A stretch of DNA of 64,000 bases from assembly GCF_009914755.1 (NCBI RefSeq), contig NC_060932.1. One strand, written 5' to 3'. The notes beneath the pieces were generated by a model. It ran no database searches and was not told the DNA's origin. It was given only the letters and a program-made list of their open reading frames with translations. Positions 56,841 to 64,000 of this stretch are shown piece after piece (the first letter of the stretch is position 1; every line of letters begins with the position of its first letter). The translations under genes and the position numbers were made by a program. The DNA comes from the human T2T-CHM13v2.0 reference genome, Homo sapiens.

Positions 56841-57739
56841 TATATATGTTTTTGCTACCTGGTTAAAACCAGGTGTAATTTAGAGTATATGTTAATTTAA
56901 TTACCTACATGTATTTATTCTTTACTAGATGCTTGAAACCCATCTCCCTTTGGTGTTATCACTGTAAGCACACATACACATATACATACACATACACATG
57001 TACACATACACAAACACATGTACACATACACAGAAACACACGAGGATGCAGAAGTCTCCCTATAATTTAGCGAACTCGTGAAATTATAAAATTTCGTATA
57101 CATCACCATGGTATCATAACTGCCACTTTAATCCAACAACATTCAGTCCTTGCTAAAAGTTATTTCATTCTTACAAAGAAATAGATCTAAGAAAAGAAAT
57201 ATAAATTCAGTTACATTCAGTTTCAAGTTTCACTGTCAACGGTGAATCAGAAATCTTTAATATGACTAAATCTGGTATATTTGAATAAGTATATGCCAAT
57301 AAAATACCTATAGGTCTTTATGGACCTCTGTCTTGTTCTTGATTTTAATTTATTAGAATGTATCAATTGACCTACATCAATTATTTTATGGGAAATATTA
57401 TCAGTAAGATTTTTATCTTTAACATCCCAAATAGGAAATCCCCACTAGTGTAATAAATAATGTATTTGGCAGGGAATTGGCAAGCCATCTCAATCAGAAA
57501 ACTTCCTGGCTGACAATCACACAAAATTGAGACCACAAAGCATATCTTAAATGTTTCAGCACTTGGATTTTCCTAAATACTTCTTTTAAGTTCTTTCTGA
57601 ACAAGTTGCACAGAGATCAAAACATGCTAATTTCATCATTGCTAGCCAAAATCATAAAAGAACCGTATAAAAGCATATGGATACACTTACTAACTTATAA
57701 ACAAAAAACTGTTTCATGGTTTTATTGAACAGTCCATAA

Positions 57740-57825
57740 AAGATTTTCCTCATTTGTAAAATGAAGAGATTGAACCAGATGATAGCTAAGATGTCCTCAA
57801 GCTCGAAAAATTCTAATATTTGTGA
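57740..57825 (+). mobile_element. MIR3-like core
   Basis: TTTCCTCATTTGTAAAATGAAGAGATTGAACCAGATGAT...CTAAG. Confidence 0.6.
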
Positions 57826-58349
57826 TTTTAGAATAAATACTTCATATTTTTCTTTTCTAACAAGGAAAAGTAACAGTATATGTTATTCCCATGTTTTACC
57901 ATTTTGGTGTAGTAGGAGACCTGGGGTCATTTTTGCCTCTCTGAGGAGTGGAAATACAAAAGGGTAACTCATTACCCCTTCTTAGCTTAAAAAGGAAGCC
58001 AGTTTGAAGGACTTTTACTATCCCTCTATGCTATTCTTCTGTATTTCCCTCTCAACTCCAATTTTAGTAAACATATATACACATACTCTACCACCAGCCC
58101 TACCACCACCACCAGGATTCCCATTATGGACATAAGCAACTCGTCTATTAAGGACAGCAGATAGTATCCTCCAGAAACTACAGAGTAAACACAGCCCTTC
58201 CCAGAATCCATATCAGGTGTCTCACCTGACAGCTCAGCTAAAGCTTCTGTCCTGTGAAGTCACTTTGCTCAGATCCTTATTCACAGCTCTTGGAAATGGT
58301 GCTAAAAGAGTAACAGAGTTAAAATAAAATCAAGCCAAAGACATTTCAG

Positions 58350-60427
58350 GACTGTTTGTAAGGATCAAGCTGTGCCCTACCGCTTGAGCCATGAGATCCT
58401 CTTATATTAGAGATATCAGTGGTTGGGAAAGATATCATGTGGAATTTATGGGAAGTCCCAGTGGGAAAATCACATCACAGGCTCCTGGGATACTAGAGCA
58501 AGGTCACATAGCTTGCAATGGAGAATGTACACCTTTTGAAATGCAACTCATGGCGTGTTACTGAGCCATCACACAAATTGAGAGCCAGACTATGGCTGGT
58601 AAAATCCTAGAAAAAAAGAAAGATTGGAAGATCGAAGACAAAATGGTCTGGCAGAAAGGAATACAGTCGGCCCTCTGTATCTGAGGGTTCTACATCTGTG
58701 GATTCAAACAACCTTGGATCAAAAATGTTGAGGGGGAAAAAAATGCCACAACTTTCCAAAAATTAAAATTTGAATTTTGTCATGCAGTGAGTACTAGGTT
58801 GAATTCACTCGAATGAAGTAAGGTATAGGCATTGTGTTAGGTATTGTAAATAATCTAGATATGTTTTATAGTATACAGGAAAAAATGTGCGTAGGTTATA
58901 TGCAAATATTATGCCATTTTATAAAAGAGACTTGAGCATCCACAGATTTTGGTATCTATGGGGGTCCTGGAACAAATCTCCCATGGATACCAAGCCTTAC
59001 TATATATATGGATAAATAGGAATGGGCATAAAGTGGGAAAATCTTCATATTAAAAGTTAACACCAATCCAAGAGCTCCCACCATGGAAGAGGCACTTAAC
59101 AAAGAAGTAGATTAAATGCCTCAGCCAGTTGACACTAGCCAGCCTGGCTTTGGCCATTCCAGTGCTGGAAAAACGGACACATTAAAAAGTGGTCATGGTG
59201 ATAGAGACAGAGGTTAGACATCAGCACAGCAGCATGGGCTGCCACTTTTCCTGATGAATCTCACTTCTGCTGCCTCTGAATGTCCAGTCTGCTAGGAACA
59301 AAATCCAATGCCAAGTCCATGATATGAGATCATTCCTCAAGGACACTGTCTAGCCACTTGACCGCAAGTTGTCTACACTGCTCCCCTTCTATCCTAAAAA
59401 GATCTGTGACTGATTCTGATCAATCACAGAAGAAATAGAACTTTTGGGTATGGATTTCCCTTTCTTGCTCACAGAGTGCCTGTTCCACCCACACAGGGTC
59501 CCACATACAGCAGAGTAGATATGGGAGCAGGCCCATAACAGAGAAATGCATCAGTAACAACAAGCTCTAACCCATCTAGAAGCTGCTATTCTGATACAAT
59601 ATTGCAATAACCTGGTGACAGGATCATGGAAACACCAGCTCAGAGGTGATACTTTACGAAAATGATGCAACATTCTCCAGAATGCAGCATATACCACAGT
59701 TCAAAGATTTCTATGTCGTGCAGTGTCCCCAGTAAGAAGGAACTGAGAAATGTAGGGAGACATATCCCTGTTTGCCATCACTCTAAATATCACTTGTGGA
59801 ATTCGTACCTCCCGCCCCTTCAGTCCTGCAGCATTGAAGGTCCTGGTACCCAAAGGGGAATACTTCTTCCAGTGGACATAGCAGAAGTCTCATTAAGCTA
59901 TAACTATGGCTGCTCTTGGCACTTCATTTTCCTTGTGTCCAGGAACCAGAAAGTAAGAAGAGAAAATAGTCATCTTGACAGAGGCAATAAATCTTGATCA
60001 TCAGGGAGGAATAGGCTGCTGTTATATCACTGGAATGTGGAGAAATACACACAGAACCCAGGTGTGGGCATCCTTAAAGATTCCCTGAAAATTATGAAAG
60101 CAAATAGACAAATTAAACAGCCCTAGCCTCAGAAGGGCATGGTGACAAGGAGCTTCAAGTCCTTAACGTTAGGGTCTGATTCTCACCAGCTAAAGTCACC
60201 CAGAGCAGCAGAGGGCTCAGAAAGGGCTGGTCTAGATTGGGTAATGCTACGGGGAGGCAATGAGTACCAGTTATGGCTCTGAGACCAGCTTTACCAACAA
60301 GGACTAACATTTGTCCCACCACTCCTTCTCTTCCAAGTTTCCCCCAGGAAAAGAAGCCTAATGGAATCCTGGAAGAGTGTTTTCCAAATATTTATGAGAA
60401 TGTGGATCTGAGCAACAAGGGGTAGAC
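58350..60427 (+). mobile_element. ERVL-class internal relic (ERV3-16A3/ERVL-E-like; pol RNaseH-integrase region to PPT)
   Basis: Degenerate pol motif ACACCTTTTGAAATGCAACTCATGGCGTGTTACTGAGCC (TPFE.QL.ACYWA-like). A purine tract AAGGGGTAGAC precedes the LTR. Confidence 0.65.
58664..59002 (-). mobile_element. MER2B (TcMar-Tigger MITE)
   Basis: TA|CAGTCGGCCCTCTGTATC...GGGGTCCTGGAAC...GGATACC…|TA, with TA flanks. Confidence 0.85.
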
Positions 60428-61112
60428 GGTAATGGACATGGAGTTGTGCTACCTACCTTCCTTTGCAAGAAAGGGTTTATTGCCCCAACTGTCCAAGTGC
60501 TGCCAGCCCCTTAAGGAACTGCCTCCACTTTCTGGGGTGACCCACATCCAGCAATGGATGTAAGCATGGGTAAAAGATTTTAGCCAGTTCAGCCCAGAGA
60601 GTTAGAGCCATTTTAGTTCAAGAGCTCGTTGTCAAGATTATCGAGATTGATGTCATGTCCACATCACAAATCAACGTCTCCCGTCTCGTCTTATGTTTTT
60701 GCCTTTGCTTCCACAGTGGATCCCAAGGGCATTGCTTAATAAACATTGCCTACTTTTTATTATCTCAGAGTGTAAAAGAACCCGGCCAGGCGTGGTGGCT
60801 CACGCCTGTAATCCCAGCACTTTGGGAGGCCAAGACGGGTGAATCACCTTAGGTCAGGAATTCAAGACCAGCCTGGCCAACTTGGTGAAACCTTGTCTCT
60901 ACTACAAATACAAAAATTAGCTTGGCATGGTGCCAGGTGCTTGTAGACCCCACTACTTGGGAGACTGCGACAGGATAATTGGTTGAACCCATGAGGTGGA
61001 GGTTGCCGGGAGCTGAGATTGCGCCACTGCACTCCAATCTGGGTGACAGAGTGAGACTCCATCTCAAGAAGTAATAATAACAATAAAAAGAGTGTAAAAG
61101 AACCCAACTTGG
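60428..61112 (+). mobile_element. LTR16-like 3' LTR, interrupted near its end by an Alu
   Basis: Follows the PPT; GGTGACCCACATCC...GGATCCCAAGGGCA...AATAAAC...TCTCAGAGT motifs. Confidence 0.6.
60784..61088 (+). mobile_element. AluSx-like
   Basis: Perfect 17-bp TSD AGAGTGTAAAAGAACCC (60767-60783 / 61089-61105). Confidence 0.95.
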
Positions 61113-61216
61113 ATTATTTTTTCTGAATGAGACTCAGCACAGAGAATGAGTCATGGGAGACCACAGAGTATAGCTCAGGACATTTTCACAACATTTACAT
61201 CTGTACAAGTATTTCT

Positions 61217-61552
61217 AGTGTATGTTTTAAAATTACTCTTAGGTTTGTACTTTTAGCACTGTGATAATTGAGGTGGCATGTGTATAAATTATCAAATATC
61301 TTTAGCTGATATGTATAGAAAATGTACATTATATATTTTAAAATTCTAAAAATTTCACAGGTAAAAATTATCTCAAATTGGATCAGTGTATGTTTTAAAA
61401 TTACTCTTAGGTTTGTACTTTTAGCACTATGATAATTGAGGTGGCATGTGTATAAATTATCAAATATCTTTAGCTGATATGTATAGAAAATGTACATTAT
61501 ATATTTTAAAATTCTAAAAATTTCACAGGTAAAAATTATCTCAAAATGGATC
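61217..61552. repeat. 168-bp tandem duplication (2 copies, 2 mismatches)
   Basis: 61217-61384 versus 61385-61552 differ only at 61261/61429 and 61378/61546. Confidence 0.96.
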
Positions 61553-62670
61553 ATTGATCTAAATGTATGAGTTAAAACTAGAAAAGCTTCAAGAAGAAAG
61601 CACAGAAGAAGTTCTTAGTGACTTTGGGTTTGACAAAGATTTCTTAAATATAAAACAAACAGCATGAAAAAAATCAATAAATTAGACTTCATCTAAATTT
61701 AACTTTTGTTCAGTAAAAGGCACAGTTAATTTTTAAAAAATAAGCCATAGACTGGGAGAAAATACTTTCAAAATCTATATTCAAAAAGTATTTGAATATG
61801 TAAAGAATTCTGACAATTCAGTGATAAAATAAATAGCCCAATAAATACAGGCTAAGCATCTGAACTGTTGTTTTACCAAAGAAGACGTACAGATGGCAAA
61901 TACAAGCTCATGAAAATATGTTCAACACCATTAGTCACCAAGGAATTTAATTGATTAAATTAGAATGCACTTTAAATGAAAATCATATGCAAATTAAAAC
62001 TACACAAGATACTAGAATTTCTAAAACTAAAAAGACTGTTCATGTAAAGCACTGAGGAGGATGCGGCTAGAACTCTTGCACAATGTTCTTTTCAATGTAA
62101 AATAGTATAATTGCTGTGGAAAACCAGCTGGAAGTTCATTATTAATACAACTCAGCAATTTTATTCCTAGATATTTATCCAAGAGAATGTAAAACATATG
62201 ATCATAACAGTTTTATTCATAATAGACCTAAACTGGAAACAATCAAATGTCCATCAATGGTTGAATGGATAAACAAATTGTGGTATATCCTTACAACAGA
62301 ACAGAACTCAACAATAAAGAGGATGGTACATCTGATACATGCCACTGTAAGGATGAATCTCAGAAACGTTAAGAGCTCACAGTGCCTGATTCCATCTATA
62401 CTAAACTTTAGAAAATAAAAGCTAATCTCCAGTGACAGTAAGTAGGTCAGTGGTTTCCTTTAGCTGTGGGTCAAAGTTAGGGGTGGGCAGAATGGATAAT
62501 GACCTACATTTAGACAAGGGGAAACATTCTGGCTTGCTGAAAATATCCTCTATGGTCAATGTGGAGGTGGTTACACAGGTGTATATATTTTTCAAAAGTC
62601 ATAAAACCCTACCCTTAAAATCTTTGAGTTATTCTATGTAGACCATAACTCAATAAAGTTTTTTTTAAAA
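61532..62670 (+). mobile_element. L1ME-like 3' fragment
   Basis: CTCAAAATGGATCATTGATCTAAATGTA...AAACTGGAAACAATCAAATGTCCATCAA...CTCAATAAAG. Confidence 0.8.
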
Positions 62671-62702
62671 AGAATGTTTAATTTTTTTAAAGAAGGGGTA
62701 GC

Positions 62703-63571
62703 AAACAAAATGCAAACAGAAACTTGAACAGATATTTGTATATCCATGTCCATGGCAACTTTGCACAATACCCAAACAGTGGAAACAACCCACATGTCCC
62801 TCAACAGATGAATGGATAAACAATGTGGTGCATAAATACAATGAAATATTGTTCAGCCTTAACAAGGGATGAAATTCTGACACTTGCAACAACGTCGATG
62901 ACCCTTGAAAACATTATGCTAAGTAAAATAAGCCAGTCACAGAAGGACAAATATTGTATGGTTCTATTTATATGAGTTTCCTAGAATAGCCAAATTCATA
63001 GAATGGTATTTACCAGGGGCTAGGGAGAGAGGGAAATGGAGTGTTAGTAACTAATGGGTACAGAGTTTCAGCTGAGGAATATGAAAACATTCTAGAGATG
63101 GATGGTGGTGATGCTTGCACAACAATGTGAGTGTACTTAATGCCATAGAACTGTTGATATGGTTTGGCCATGTCCCCACCCAAATCTTATCTTGAATTGT
63201 AGCTCCCACAATTCCGTGTTGTGGGAGAGATCTGGTGGAAGGTTATTGAATCATGGGAGTGGGTCTTTCCCACGCTATTCTCATGACAGTAAGTCTCATG
63301 AGATATGATGGTTTTATAAAGGGGAGTTTCCCTGCACAAGTTCGCTTCTCTTGTCTGCCGCCATGTGAGATGTGCTTTTCACCTTCCACCATGATTGTGA
63401 GGCCTCCCCAGCCACATAGAACTGTGAGTCTATTAAACCTATTTCTTTTGTAAATTGCCCAGTCTTGGGTATATCTTTATCTGCAGTGTCAAAATGGACT
63501 AATACAACTGTACACTTAAAAATTCTTGAAATGATAAATTTTATGCTATGTGTATTTTACCACAATAAAAA
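62703..63571 (+). mobile_element. L1MB3-like 3' end interrupted by a THE1 LTR
   Basis: GGGTACAGAGTTTCAG...GATGGATGGTGGTGATG...TTTTACCACAATAAAAA; degenerate TSD AAGAAGGGGTAG / AAGGAAGGGTAG. Confidence 0.82.
63155..63506 (+). mobile_element. THE1 (A/B-like) solo LTR
   Basis: TGATATGG...CTAATACA; perfect TSD ACTGT (63150-63154 / 63507-63511). Confidence 0.93.
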
Positions 63572-64000
63572 AGGAAGGGTAGTGAATACAATATGTGAGG
63601 AGGGGGAAAGTGGACGTCCCAATTAAATGAATGCTTTGTTTCATGGGTGAGGAAAGCATGGAGACCAACATAAGTTGATTTGCAAGGAATACTGGAGCAA
63701 TCCTGGCCATGAAAACACAAAACATGTAAACAAAGGACCAAGGAGATTTGAAAGAAGGAACTTCAAAAAGCTACTGTCCTGATCAACAGGATAGGTGAAC
63801 CGAATGACCTGATTATCAGCTTTAGAAATTCACATCTTAAGTCCGCTCCCAGAGGATTGTGTTTCCACTCCCCAAAGCTTTTAATGAAAGCATGAATTTC
63901 ATGAGAAATTGCTGCAAAATTAGCTAAATGGAAACATTTGGATTTGGATTTGGTCCACTGTCTGCACAATAATTTCCCTGTGGCCTAAGACAAAAGGGTA

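Noticed and set aside
61195-61554. 119-aa ORF with an internal 56-aa repeat
   Set aside because: By-product of the in-frame 168-bp DNA duplication in AT-rich sequence; no coding evidence.

Overview
This is AT-rich primate genomic DNA (human or great ape, judged from AluY and L1PA2), dominated by interspersed repeats. I found no intact protein-coding gene, rRNA/tRNA gene or CRISPR array. The centre (about 28.3-49.2 kb) is a three-level, same-strand L1 nest. A near-full-length L1MC1-like element is split by a near-full-length L1MA2-like element, which is itself split by a full-length, inactivated L1PA2 with a 15-bp target-site duplication (TSD) and an open antisense ORF0. Around it are about 17 Alu/FLAM copies, THE1/MST/MLT1/LTR16 LTRs, an ERVL internal relic, MER1B/MER2B/MER30 DNA transposons, L2/MIR relics and several STRs. 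The most notable non-standard signals are: (1) a chain of exon-like segments at about 0.2-2.3 kb that reads like the decayed 3' end of a multi-exon gene (candidate unitary pseudogene, unidentified); (2) a ~197-bp inverted duplication that copies an L1/MLT1 junction into the gap between two head-to-head Alus; (3) templated duplication, deletion and inversion scars inside old L1s; (4) an orphan internal L1PB fragment; (5) a recent 168-bp tandem duplication. Subfamily names come from recalled consensus features and should be confirmed with RepeatMasker/Dfam.
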